Source: Candidatus Nanopelagicales bacterium
Lineage (GTDB): Bacteria; Actinomycetota; Actinomycetes; S36-B12
DNA length: 49,099 bases
NCBI GenBank assembly: GCA_044336815.1
Contig: JBIIOU010000002.1
Span: forward strand, 1-49,099
Direction: 5' to 3'
The notes beneath the pieces were generated by a model that saw only the letters and a list, made by a program, of their open reading frames with translations, was not told the origin of the DNA and did no database searches. Positions within the stretch are counted from its first letter, which is position 1. Each line of letters opens with the position of its first letter. Below are positions 26,095 to 34,875 of this stretch, in pieces. A program made the position numbers and the translations under genes.

Positions 26095-26829
26095 TTAGCC
26101 AACACGCTCCCAGCCGCGTTTTACCGGGCGACTTCCCGGATCATGCGGGCCACGCTCGCGGTAAACAACGTAAGGGCGAAAGAGATATTGCACCGGCGCG
26201 CTGAATGCATGCACTAATCGGGTAAAAGGCCAGATTAGAAATAGCAGCATGCCGGCGACTGCGTGAATCTGGAATGAAGAAGGTGCTTCCGCCATCAATT
26301 GTGGTTGCGGGTTCATCAAGAAGATACTTCGAAACCACGGAGATACTGTCTCCCGGTAGTTATAGCCATCACCAATTATTCCTGATCCGACAAGTGTTGT
26401 TAACAGACCAAGGCAGATGGCGGCTGTCAAAAAGATATACATCGTCTTGTCGTTCTTAGTGGTCGCTGCAAATACAGCACCGTTTGTTCGGCGGCGATAG
26501 ATAAGTAGGGAGATTCCGAACAGGGTGCAGGCGCCTGACACTGCACCTAGGCCAACGGCCATTACATGGTAGGAATCTTCACTCAGCCCTGCCGCATTGG
26601 TCCAATTCTCAGGAATTAGCAGCCCCATGATGTGACCGCCGAGGACCGCCAAGATGCCAAGGTGGAAAAGTGGGCTTGCAATACGAATAACCTTACGTTC
26701 ATAGAGTTGGCTCGACCTAGTGGTCCAGCCAAACTTGTCATATTTGTAGCGCCAGAACATGCCGGTCGCGAAGACGGCAATTGTTAAGTAGGGAAGCGCT
26801 ACCCACAACAAAATGTCAGTGGAGTTCAT
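26095..26829 (-). CDS. narI: Respiratory nitrate reductase gamma subunit NarI
   Basis: 244 aa with five TM segments and heme-b His residues in NarI-typical context (…SPLFHLGILAVLGGHIMG…, …HAVAGMLLFLIWPFTRLVHAFS…). Confidence 0.93.
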   Translation of the reverse strand: MNSTDILLWVALPYLTIAVFATGMFWRYKYDKFGWTTRSSQLYERKVIRIASPLFHLGILAVLGGHIMGLLIPENWTNAAGLSEDSYHVMAVGLGAVSGACTLFGISLLIYRRRTNGAVFAATTKNDKTMYIFLTAAICLGLLTTLVGSGIIGDGYNYRETVSPWFRSIFLMNPQPQLMAEAPSSFQIHAVAGMLLFLIWPFTRLVHAFSAPVQYLFRPYVVYRERGPHDPGSRPVKRGWERVG

Positions 26830-27479
26830 CGTCGGCCGCCAATCGGGTCAAGGGTGACAAACACCGGGAAAGGCTCCAAGCCAACTTCTTCCGCTGGAGG
26901 TCCTTGGGCAGCTAGTTGAATGATTCTGTCTTGAATTTCGCTGGTCACCTGCGGAAGTGTGGCGACAATCGCGTCGAGGACGTGTGAGTAGGGCGAATCT
27001 AACTGCTCGAGAGCATCACGAAGTAAGTGAATCGGGCCACTATGTTCAGCGAGTAACGCGTTACCCGTCAATTGGTCGCCAATTGCGGCAAACTCCAAAA
27101 CCACGCACAGGTGATCAGGCAATTCGCGGCTGCCGGAGTCGAATCCAGCGGCAAGGTAGGCCTGCTTGAATCGAAGGATTGCCTGCCCTCGATTACGAGT
27201 ATCTCCATCTGTCCAATAGGTGAGGTAAGGGGAAGCTTTCCGTTTCATGTCGAAGGTAGCTACAAAGTCGGCCTGAATTTCAATCAGCGGTGTGCTTGAA
27301 AGGTGATCGAGGAATGCCTTCAGCGGCATACCTGTCTGAGCCGGTAAGGAGTTAACGGCTACTGCGATTTCATCGAGGTGCTCAAAAAGTTCTTCATCTG
27401 GATACCAAAGTAGCCAGGAGGCCGCCAATCTTGCGGCCGCCGTATCTTGCGGATTCTGATTAGTCATTAGTAGTTCCAT
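26826..27479 (-). CDS. narJ: Nitrate reductase molybdenum cofactor assembly chaperone NarJ
   Basis: …FVATFDMKRKASPYLTYWTDGDTRNRGQAILRFKQAYLAAGF…ELPDHLCVVLEFAA are NarJ signatures. The start is ATG 27479 or 27467, and both overlap the narH 3' end. Confidence 0.9.
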   Translation of the reverse strand: MELLMTNQNPQDTAAARLAASWLLWYPDEELFEHLDEIAVAVNSLPAQTGMPLKAFLDHLSSTPLIEIQADFVATFDMKRKASPYLTYWTDGDTRNRGQAILRFKQAYLAAGFDSGSRELPDHLCVVLEFAAIGDQLTGNALLAEHSGPIHLLRDALEQLDSPYSHVLDAIVATLPQVTSEIQDRIIQLAAQGPPAEEVGLEPFPVFVTLDPIGGRR

Positions 27480-29088
27480 TGCCGTGCCAATTTTGCAGGT
27501 TCATACGGACGTCATCTAAGGGAATGAGAACTTCAGATGTTTGGCGAACCTTTAATGCATGAAATGTTTCAACGGCAACTGGAACCGGTCGGCTCGAGGC
27601 AGCTCCGAATGGGCCAGGTTTATATTGACCAGGGCCACCAGAAACATCGAGCGAGCAGGCAAGTTCTTCCAGATCGCGTGCTGTTTCCGCGTGTGCTTTA
27701 GGGATTACGTAGCGGTCCTCATATTTTGCGATGGCTAAAAGTCGATACAGGTTGTAGATCATTTCCTCAGACATGCCCACTGCGGCCGGGATTTCTGGAC
27801 GGGGTTCACGACCCAGATTTACATCGCGCATGTATGAGCGCATTGCTGCCAGGATTTTCAGTGACCGGCTTACCGGGGCCGGATCTCCGGCGGTGAACAA
27901 CTCTGCGAGATATTCGATAGGTATTCGCAATGCTTCGAGCGCGCCGAAAAGATTTCCGGCTTCTTCAGCGTCATTTCCCGTCTCCCGCAACGCATCGACT
28001 ACAGGTGAAAGCGGTGGGATGTACCAAACCATTGGCATGGTCCGGTACTCGGGATGTAATGGCAATGCAACCTTGTACACCTTTGCTAACTTGTAGACCG
28101 GGGAATTCATAGCTGCCTCGAGCCAATCTTGAGGGATACCGTCACGAAGTGCCTGTGCTTGCACAATGGGATCGTTCGGATCGAGCAACAAATCAAGTTG
28201 TGCTTGAAGTAGATCGTGTTCATTTTCAGTCGCAGCTGCTGCGCTCACGCCATCGGCGTCGTAAAGAAAAAGTCCCAGGTATCGCAAACGTCCGACACAG
28301 GTCTCCGAACAAACTGTTGGTAGGCCGACTTCTAGGCGTGGGTAACAAAGGGTGCACTTCTCGGCTTTACCGGTGCTGTGGTTGAAGTAAACTTTCTTAT
28401 AAGGACATCCCGATACGCACATGCGCCAACCGCGACAGGCGTCCTGATCGACGAGAACAATTCCATCCTCGGCGCGCTTGTACATTGCTCCGGAGGGGCA
28501 GGCTGCCACGCATGCCGGGTTAAGGCAGTGTTCGCAAATGCGCGGCAAGTAGAACATGAAGGCCTGCTCAAATTCCAACTTGACCCGGTCGGTTACTTGA
28601 TCGCGAATCTTTACTAGAACTGGGTCATGCGGTGCCAGTTCAGGGCCTCCAGCAAGGTCGTCATCCCAGTTTGCTGACCATTCGATCTTCATTGGCTTAC
28701 CGGTGATCAGTGATTTCGGCCGTGCCACCGGAGTGTGTTCGCCTAACGGGGTTGAGATCAGCATGTCGTACTCGTAGGTCCAAGGCTCGTAGTAATCCTG
28801 AAGGGTGGGTAACTTCGGGTTACTGAATATCTGGAGTAGGCGCTTTACTCGACCTCCAGAGCGAAGCCGTAACTTTCCGCGCTTTAGCTCCCACCCGCCC
28901 TTCCACTTTTCCTGATCTTGATATGTGCGCGGATATCCTTGTCCTGGACGCGTCTCCACGTTGTTGAACCAGGCGTACTCAACGCCGGCTCGATTTGTCC
29001 AGGCCTGCTTGCAAGTCACTGAGCAGGTGTGGCAGCCAATGCACTTATCAAGGTTCATCACCATACCCATCTGGGCCATGATCTTCAT
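27460..29088 (-). CDS. narH: Respiratory nitrate reductase beta subunit NarH
   Basis: MKIMAQMGMVMNLDKCIGCHTCSVTCK… matches the E. coli NarH N-terminus. Four Fe-S Cys clusters are present. Confidence 0.97.
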   Translation of the reverse strand: MKIMAQMGMVMNLDKCIGCHTCSVTCKQAWTNRAGVEYAWFNNVETRPGQGYPRTYQDQEKWKGGWELKRGKLRLRSGGRVKRLLQIFSNPKLPTLQDYYEPWTYEYDMLISTPLGEHTPVARPKSLITGKPMKIEWSANWDDDLAGGPELAPHDPVLVKIRDQVTDRVKLEFEQAFMFYLPRICEHCLNPACVAACPSGAMYKRAEDGIVLVDQDACRGWRMCVSGCPYKKVYFNHSTGKAEKCTLCYPRLEVGLPTVCSETCVGRLRYLGLFLYDADGVSAAAATENEHDLLQAQLDLLLDPNDPIVQAQALRDGIPQDWLEAAMNSPVYKLAKVYKVALPLHPEYRTMPMVWYIPPLSPVVDALRETGNDAEEAGNLFGALEALRIPIEYLAELFTAGDPAPVSRSLKILAAMRSYMRDVNLGREPRPEIPAAVGMSEEMIYNLYRLLAIAKYEDRYVIPKAHAETARDLEELACSLDVSGGPGQYKPGPFGAASSRPVPVAVETFHALKVRQTSEVLIPLDDVRMNLQNWHGNGTTND

Positions 29089-32000
29089 TAGTACTGAACC
29101 TCCTGATTGCGGCGTCGAATGACGGTGATCTCATCACGTTGATTTCCTGTTGGGCCCAGATAGTTGAAGGCGAATGACAGTTGTGCGTAGCCGCCAACAA
29201 GGTGGGTTGGCTTAATCATGAGCCTGGTTAGTGAGTTATGAATGCCACCGCGTTTACCACTTAGTTCTGCTCGCGGTACATCGACAGTACGATCTTTTGC
29301 GTGGTACATGTAGACGGTGCCCTCTGGCATGCGGTGGGAGACTATGGCCCGTGCAACAACTACACCATTTCTGTTGTATGACTCGATCCACTCGTTATCC
29401 TTAACACCGATGGCGTCAGCATCCTGGGGGCTAATCCAGATTTCGGGCCCACCACGTGAAAGTGAAAGCATGAACAGGTTGTCTTGATATTCGGAGTGAA
29501 TCGACCATTTTGAGTGTGGGGTTAGATAACGAACGGTGACTTCTTTACCGAATCCTGTCTGCTGGTTACCGTCTAGCCGGTGCAGATTTAGCGGTGGGCG
29601 GAATGTTGGCATATTTTCTCCAATTTCGCTCATCCAGTCGTGGTCTAAGAAGAAGTGCATGCGGCCGGTGAGTGTGTGCCAAGGCTTAAGGCGCTCGACA
29701 TTTATCGCGAATGCCGTATAGCGGCGCCCGCCATGTTCGCTACCAGACCACTCGGGGCTCGTAATTACTGGCACCGGGCGTGCTTGAGTATCGGGAAAGG
29801 TAATTCGCTTTCCCTCGTTATCCAGTGCGAGGCCTGCGAGTTTTTGACCTGTGCGCTTTTCTAAGAAGCGAAAACCTTCAACTGCAAGACGGCCATTGGT
29901 CGTCCCGGAAAGCGCAAGAATGGTCTCGCAGGCGTGCACATCGGTGACGAGTGAGGGCCTACCCGCGGCGATTCCGTCTGGAATCACCCCATTGATGCGA
30001 CCAAGTTCGCGGACTTCTTCGACTGGGCTAAACGCTACACCCTTCGTTACCATGCCAAGAGTTTCAGCAAGTGGCCCGAGGGCTGACATTTTGGAGCCGA
30101 TCTCGGTGTAGTCACGCTTGACCACGACGAACTTAGGTGCAGTCTGGCCCGGGATTAGATCAACTTCACCGGTACGCCAATCTCTGACGATGCCGCCGGG
30201 GACAGCCATCTCATCTGGTGTGTCATGGAGCAGTGGAACTGTGACAAGATCTTTGCGAACCCCAAGATGGCCCCGTGCTACGTGTGAAACCTGCCGGCCA
30301 AGTTCTTGGAAGATGTCGTAGTCACTTTTAGTCTCCCAAGGTGGGTCGATTGCTGGGGTGAAGGCATGCACAAATGGGTGCATATCTGTTGAAGAAAGAT
30401 CATGCTTTTCGTACCACGTAGCAGCAGGAAGCAAGACGTCACCGAAAAGCCCAGTGCTTGTCATCCGAAAATCGATGCTTACAAGTAGGTCTAGTTTGCC
30501 TTCCGGCGCCTCGTCATGCCAGATGACATCCTTTGGTCGTTCATCTTCAGGGGTCTCCTCGGCGCGCACCGAATTGTCAGTGCCGAGTAGGTGTCGAAGG
30601 AAGTACTCGTTACCTTTACTCGAAGACCCCAGCAGGTTTGCTCGCCATACAGTAAGAACGCGCGGCCAATTCTCCTTAGCGTCTGGGTCATCAATCGCAA
30701 ACTTGAGTTCTCCACTCTTGAGTTGTTGCGCGACGTATTCAACTGGCTCTATTCCGAGGGATTCAGCCTCGTCCACTAAATCAAGAGGGTTGCGATCGAA
30801 CTGTGGGTAAGAAGGCATCCACCCGGAGCGAGCCGATTGGGCAATGGTGTCGATCATTGTTTTACCTTTGAATAGGCCTTCGCCAAGTGGTGATGCGAGC
30901 AGGTCGGCTCCGAGGCGGTCGTAGCGCCATTGATTGGTCTGCACATACCAAAATCCGGTACCAATCATTTGCCTCGGTGGCCTTGACCAGTCAAGCCCGA
31001 AAGCTAATTGGGCCCAGCCGGTAACGGGGCGGCACTTTTCCTGCCCGACATAATGCGCCCACCCACCACCGTTCACTCCCTGTGTACCGGTCAGCGTTGT
31101 CAATGCCAAAAAGGTGCGATAGATGGTGTCGGAGTGGAACCAGTGATTGGTTCCTGCCCCCATGATGATCATGGAACGGCCGCCGGAGTCCTCGGCATTT
31201 TGGGCGAACTCCCGCCCAATGCGTTCGGCCATGGCAGCGGGAACGCCGGTAATTTCCTCTTGCCATGCTGGTGTGTAGGGCGCTGGATCCTCGTACCCTG
31301 TCGGCCAGTCGCCAGGCAATCCGTCTCGCCCGACGCCGTATTGCGCTAGCAATAGGTCAAAGACTGTAGTGACTAGTCGTTCACCTGTCGGGAGTGTGAG
31401 CCGAGCCGCGGGGACCCCTCGACGATGAACCCCGCCGCTCTCGCTATTTTCTTGACCCACGTCAAATCGCGGCAGTAGAACTTCAACAGGTTCGGTGTCG
31501 CTGGCGCCCTGAAATGAAAGTGTTGGGTCGATCCCTTCCAAATCAAGATTCCATTTCCCTATCCCGGTGTCGTTGAAACGGAATCCAAGGGATCCATTAG
31601 GCACATGCGGTAAACCAGTTGCGGAGTCAACCAGAACTGTTTTAAACGCAGCACCTTCAGCATCATCTCCAAGGTCAGCAGCGGTGACAAATTTGTCCGG
31701 TACCCAGGCTCCGTCTTTCTGCTTCAATGACACGAGGAAAGGAAGGTCACTGAATTTCTTTACGTAGTCAACGAAGCGCGGTACTTGGCGCTCGATGAAG
31801 AACTCTTTGAGAATGACATGACCCATCGCCATAGCAAGCGCGCCATCGGTTCCAGGGTGCGGAGCCATCCATTCGTCGGCGAACTTGGTGTTGTCGGCGT
31901 AGTCAGGGGAGACCGTAACAACTTTTTGGCCCCGGTATCTTGCCTCAGCCATGAAGTGTGCATCAGGTGTTCGAGTTACCGGAACATTAGATCCCCACAT

Positions 32001-32780
32001 AATTAAGTACGAAGCATTCCACCAGTCGGCTGATTCCGGAACGTCTGTTTGATCTCCAAATACTTGTGGAGAAGCCACGGGTAGATCCGCGTACCAATCG
32101 TAAAACGAGAGCATAGAACCGCCGAGCAGGCTAATAAAGCGAGCCCCGGCTGCATGAGACGCCATCGACATAGCCGGGATTGGTGAAAATCCAAAGACTC
32201 TGTCAGGGCCATAATTTTTTATCGTGTGTACGTGCGCAGCGGCAATGAGTTCATTGACCTCGGCCCATGGTGCGCGTACAAGCCCGCCTTTACCTCGTGC
32301 TCGCTGGTACCGACTTCTCGTATCGGCGTTATTGACGACGGCAGCCCAAGCATCGACTGGATCGGCATGCACGCGTCGGGCTTCGCGGTAGGCGTCAATC
32401 AAGACTCCGCGTACATATGGATAGCGCACGCGGGTTGGCGAGTAGGTGTACCAAGAGAAGGCAGCCCCTCGAGGGCACCCGCGTGGTTCGTACTCTGGAC
32501 TGTCAGGGCCCACTGAAGGATAGTCGGTCTGCTGGGACTCCCAGGTGATGATTCCATCTTTTACGTAAACTCTCCAAGAGCATGATCCGGTGCAGTTGAC
32601 ACCGTGGGTACTTCGAACAACTTTGTCATGACTCCACCTGTCACGATAGAAAACGTCTCCCTCGCGCCCGCCAACGCGCGTGACAGTTCGTCCGTCGGCT
32701 GAAGCTTTACCCGGGGTGAAAAATCGACCAGCTCGCACTAAGAAATCAGCATTCGCATTGCTTTTTTCACTCGTCTTCAC
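29088..32780 (-). CDS. narG: Respiratory nitrate reductase alpha subunit NarG
   Basis: …RWSHDKVVRSTHGVNCTGSCSWRVYVKDGIITWESQQTDYP… is the NarG FS0 motif. GTG 32780 is preceded by GAGGAG and overlaps the upstream stop (GTGA). The ORF-track ATG at 32867 would overlap the upstream gene by 90 nt. Confidence 0.96.
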   Translation of the reverse strand: MKTSEKSNANADFLVRAGRFFTPGKASADGRTVTRVGGREGDVFYRDRWSHDKVVRSTHGVNCTGSCSWRVYVKDGIITWESQQTDYPSVGPDSPEYEPRGCPRGAAFSWYTYSPTRVRYPYVRGVLIDAYREARRVHADPVDAWAAVVNNADTRSRYQRARGKGGLVRAPWAEVNELIAAAHVHTIKNYGPDRVFGFSPIPAMSMASHAAGARFISLLGGSMLSFYDWYADLPVASPQVFGDQTDVPESADWWNASYLIMWGSNVPVTRTPDAHFMAEARYRGQKVVTVSPDYADNTKFADEWMAPHPGTDGALAMAMGHVILKEFFIERQVPRFVDYVKKFSDLPFLVSLKQKDGAWVPDKFVTAADLGDDAEGAAFKTVLVDSATGLPHVPNGSLGFRFNDTGIGKWNLDLEGIDPTLSFQGASDTEPVEVLLPRFDVGQENSESGGVHRRGVPAARLTLPTGERLVTTVFDLLLAQYGVGRDGLPGDWPTGYEDPAPYTPAWQEEITGVPAAMAERIGREFAQNAEDSGGRSMIIMGAGTNHWFHSDTIYRTFLALTTLTGTQGVNGGGWAHYVGQEKCRPVTGWAQLAFGLDWSRPPRQMIGTGFWYVQTNQWRYDRLGADLLASPLGEGLFKGKTMIDTIAQSARSGWMPSYPQFDRNPLDLVDEAESLGIEPVEYVAQQLKSGELKFAIDDPDAKENWPRVLTVWRANLLGSSSKGNEYFLRHLLGTDNSVRAEETPEDERPKDVIWHDEAPEGKLDLLVSIDFRMTSTGLFGDVLLPAATWYEKHDLSSTDMHPFVHAFTPAIDPPWETKSDYDIFQELGRQVSHVARGHLGVRKDLVTVPLLHDTPDEMAVPGGIVRDWRTGEVDLIPGQTAPKFVVVKRDYTEIGSKMSALGPLAETLGMVTKGVAFSPVEEVRELGRINGVIPDGIAAGRPSLVTDVHACETILALSGTTNGRLAVEGFRFLEKRTGQKLAGLALDNEGKRITFPDTQARPVPVITSPEWSGSEHGGRRYTAFAINVERLKPWHTLTGRMHFFLDHDWMSEIGENMPTFRPPLNLHRLDGNQQTGFGKEVTVRYLTPHSKWSIHSEYQDNLFMLSLSRGGPEIWISPQDADAIGVKDNEWIESYNRNGVVVARAIVSHRMPEGTVYMYHAKDRTVDVPRAELSGKRGGIHNSLTRLMIKPTHLVGGYAQLSFAFNYLGPTGNQRDEITVIRRRNQEVQY

Positions 32781-33439
32781 GGCTGGATCTCCTCGGGAGT
32801 AATAATTCGCGATGGCTTTTGGTCGGTGCGGTGGAGGCGCGCAGTGCACATCCCCGGTCGTGACCACACCTCCATTGAGGTGACAGCAATTGGTTGGCCG
32901 GTGTTAGCAAGTAAGGTCGAAAGCATCGCGGTATGGATTTCGCAGATCACCGGATTGGCTTCGACGATGTCGGCGTACGGGCACCCCGAAACATGAATCG
33001 CATCGCCTAGGGCGGTGGCTTCAGCGGTGAATCCGAGTCGGTTCAATGCACCGGCGGCCTCGGCAACGGCCTCATCTGGAGAAGTTGCAATTGGTAGAGC
33101 CGGCAGTGATTCGACCCAAAGCTCAGCCGCGCCTTTTGCGGCCAGAGGGTCCTTTATCTGAGCCAGCTGCATGCTCAGTGCACTTGCCAGAATCTGGTAT
33201 GGCGACGCGACTTGCGCGGCGGATTGATAGACCCAACGCGGCCGGCCTCTCCCGGCGTGCTCGGTTGCCTCGCGGGTCGCTACTTCTTTGGCCAGTAGGA
33301 CTTCTAGGTGACTTCGGACAGTGTTTGCATGTAGCCCGGTGTGCTCAGAGATGGCATCAACGGTCAGTGGTTCGGGGGAGTTTGCCAGTAATTCAGCGAT
33401 TTGGGCCCGGCTATCGCGGCCGGGGGTAACAGCGTCCAT
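32777..33439 (-). CDS. Winged-helix (ArsR/HTH_20-like) transcriptional regulator with a Cys/His-containing C-terminal domain, translationally coupled to narG
   Basis: The N-terminal HTH reads AQIAELLANSPEPLTVDAISEHTGLHANTVRSHLEVL…GRGRPRWVY. The C-terminal part reads …LGFTAE…IHVSGCPYADIVEANPVICEIHTAMLSTLL…GMCTARL. The stop overlaps the narG GTG. Confidence 0.75.
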   Translation of the reverse strand: MDAVTPGRDSRAQIAELLANSPEPLTVDAISEHTGLHANTVRSHLEVLLAKEVATREATEHAGRGRPRWVYQSAAQVASPYQILASALSMQLAQIKDPLAAKGAAELWVESLPALPIATSPDEAVAEAAGALNRLGFTAEATALGDAIHVSGCPYADIVEANPVICEIHTAMLSTLLANTGQPIAVTSMEVWSRPGMCTARLHRTDQKPSRIITPEEIQP

Positions 33440-33465
33440 GGGAGATGTCTATCACCTATTTGTTA

Positions 33466-33478
33466 TTTATTCAATAAA
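33466..33478. promoter_or_regulatory. Perfect 6-1-6 palindrome TTTATTcAATAAA in the 77-bp divergent nar/narK intergenic region (candidate operator)
   Basis: Read directly from the sequence. It lies roughly in the middle of the AT-rich spacer between the regulator ATG (33439) and the narK1 ATG (33517). Confidence 0.4.
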
Positions 33479-33516
33479 ACCGGGTATAAATCAGCAGGTG
33501 TGCTTTAATACGGTAT

Positions 33517-34875
33517 ATGAAGCTAGAAGAGGCGCCAACCGGCAGAGTTAGCGTCTTAGTGATGTCGACTTTTGGCTTCACCTTGATGTTTGCGGTTTGG
33601 CTCATGTTCGGAGTGCTAGGCATCCCGATCCGCGACGAATTTGGGCTCACCGACGTGCAATTGGCGTGGGTGGTTGCAGTAGCAGTCTTAAATGGAGCCA
33701 TTTGGCGTTTGCCGGCGGGCATCGCCGCCGATAGATTCGGCGGCCGACGCGTTTTCATCGCCATGTTGCTAGTAACGGCTATCCCGGCCTTTCTAGTTTC
33801 AACGGCCACCTCGTATAGCCACCTCCTGTTCTACGCCTTCTTGGTCGGATTCGCTGGCAACTCATTTAGTGTCGGCATTGCTTGGGTTAGCGCTTGGTGG
33901 CCACAAAGGCAACAGGGTTTTGCACTCGGTGTTTTCGGGGCTGGAAACGTAGGAGCCTCGGTCACGAAGTTGATCGGGCCAGTTCTGATTGCAGCAATTC
34001 CAGCTGCCGGGTTCCTCGATGGCCTAGTGCCAGGAGGCTGGCGTTTTGTTCCGTTCTTGTACATGATTTTGTTACTGGCTTCGGCGGTGGCAACTTGGGT
34101 TTGGACTCCTCATCGCGAAATCCGGCCAGGCCAGGGAAGATCGATTGGTTCGATGCTCATACCCTTGCGGCAGCTGCGCGTATGGCGATTTAGCTTTTAT
34201 TACGTGGTGGTATTTGGCGCATACGTCGCTTTGGCCGCGTGGCTACCAAAGTATTACGTTGATGTTTATGGAATGCCCCTAAGCCAGGCCGCGCTGCTAA
34301 CGGCACTGTTCATCTTCCCGGCGTCCTTGTTACGACCATTTGGTGGCTATCTGGCTGACAAAGTCGGAGCCCGCAGAATGATGTACGCCACGTTCGTAGT
34401 CATTTTGTTAGCATCCGGCGTATTGATGATGCCGTACGGCTACATCGTGCTTTCAATGCCGAATGGTGCGCAAAACTCGGTGCTGCCTTGGGACGTCGGT
34501 ACGGTACTTTTCACCTTCCTCGTATTCGCAATTGGGTGCGCGATGGGCCTTGGCAAAGCCGCGGTATATAAGTACATTCCCGAATACTTTCCCGAGGATG
34601 TTGGTGCTGTCGGTGGGCTGGTGGGTTCACTGGGCGCACTAGGGGGGTTCTTCCTCCCACTGCTTTTTGCCTATACGGGTGCCATGACCGGCTTCCCACA
34701 ATCGACATTCTTTGTAATTTTCGTCGTTTCATTAATTGCGACCGCTTGGATGCACTTCACCGTCGTCAAGATGCTCCACCACGCGAGCCCAACTCTTGCG
34801 AACAAATTCGAGCACGAAGTCCAATCCCTAGATGAACATGAAACTATGCTGGAAGAAAGCGGGGTAAATCGATGA
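33517..34875 (+). CDS. narK: MFS nitrate/nitrite transporter, NNP family (NarK1-like)
   Basis: 452 aa, 12-TM MFS, with NNP-type Gly/Asn motifs (GFALGVFGAGNVGASV; VGSLGALGGFFLP). Adjacent and divergent to narGHJI. Confidence 0.85.
   Translation: MKLEEAPTGRVSVLVMSTFGFTLMFAVWLMFGVLGIPIRDEFGLTDVQLAWVVAVAVLNGAIWRLPAGIAADRFGGRRVFIAMLLVTAIPAFLVSTATSYSHLLFYAFLVGFAGNSFSVGIAWVSAWWPQRQQGFALGVFGAGNVGASVTKLIGPVLIAAIPAAGFLDGLVPGGWRFVPFLYMILLLASAVATWVWTPHREIRPGQGRSIGSMLIPLRQLRVWRFSFYYVVVFGAYVALAAWLPKYYVDVYGMPLSQAALLTALFIFPASLLRPFGGYLADKVGARRMMYATFVVILLASGVLMMPYGYIVLSMPNGAQNSVLPWDVGTVLFTFLVFAIGCAMGLGKAAVYKYIPEYFPEDVGAVGGLVGSLGALGGFFLPLLFAYTGAMTGFPQSTFFVIFVVSLIATAWMHFTVVKMLHHASPTLANKFEHEVQSLDEHETMLEESGVNR

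Noticed and set aside
32781-32867. Upstream ATG (32867) as the narG start, giving 1259 aa
   Set aside because: It would overlap the regulator gene by 90 nt and add an N-terminal extension absent from NarG homologues. GTG 32780 has a GAGGAG SD and gives an E. coli-like distance to the RWxHDK motif.
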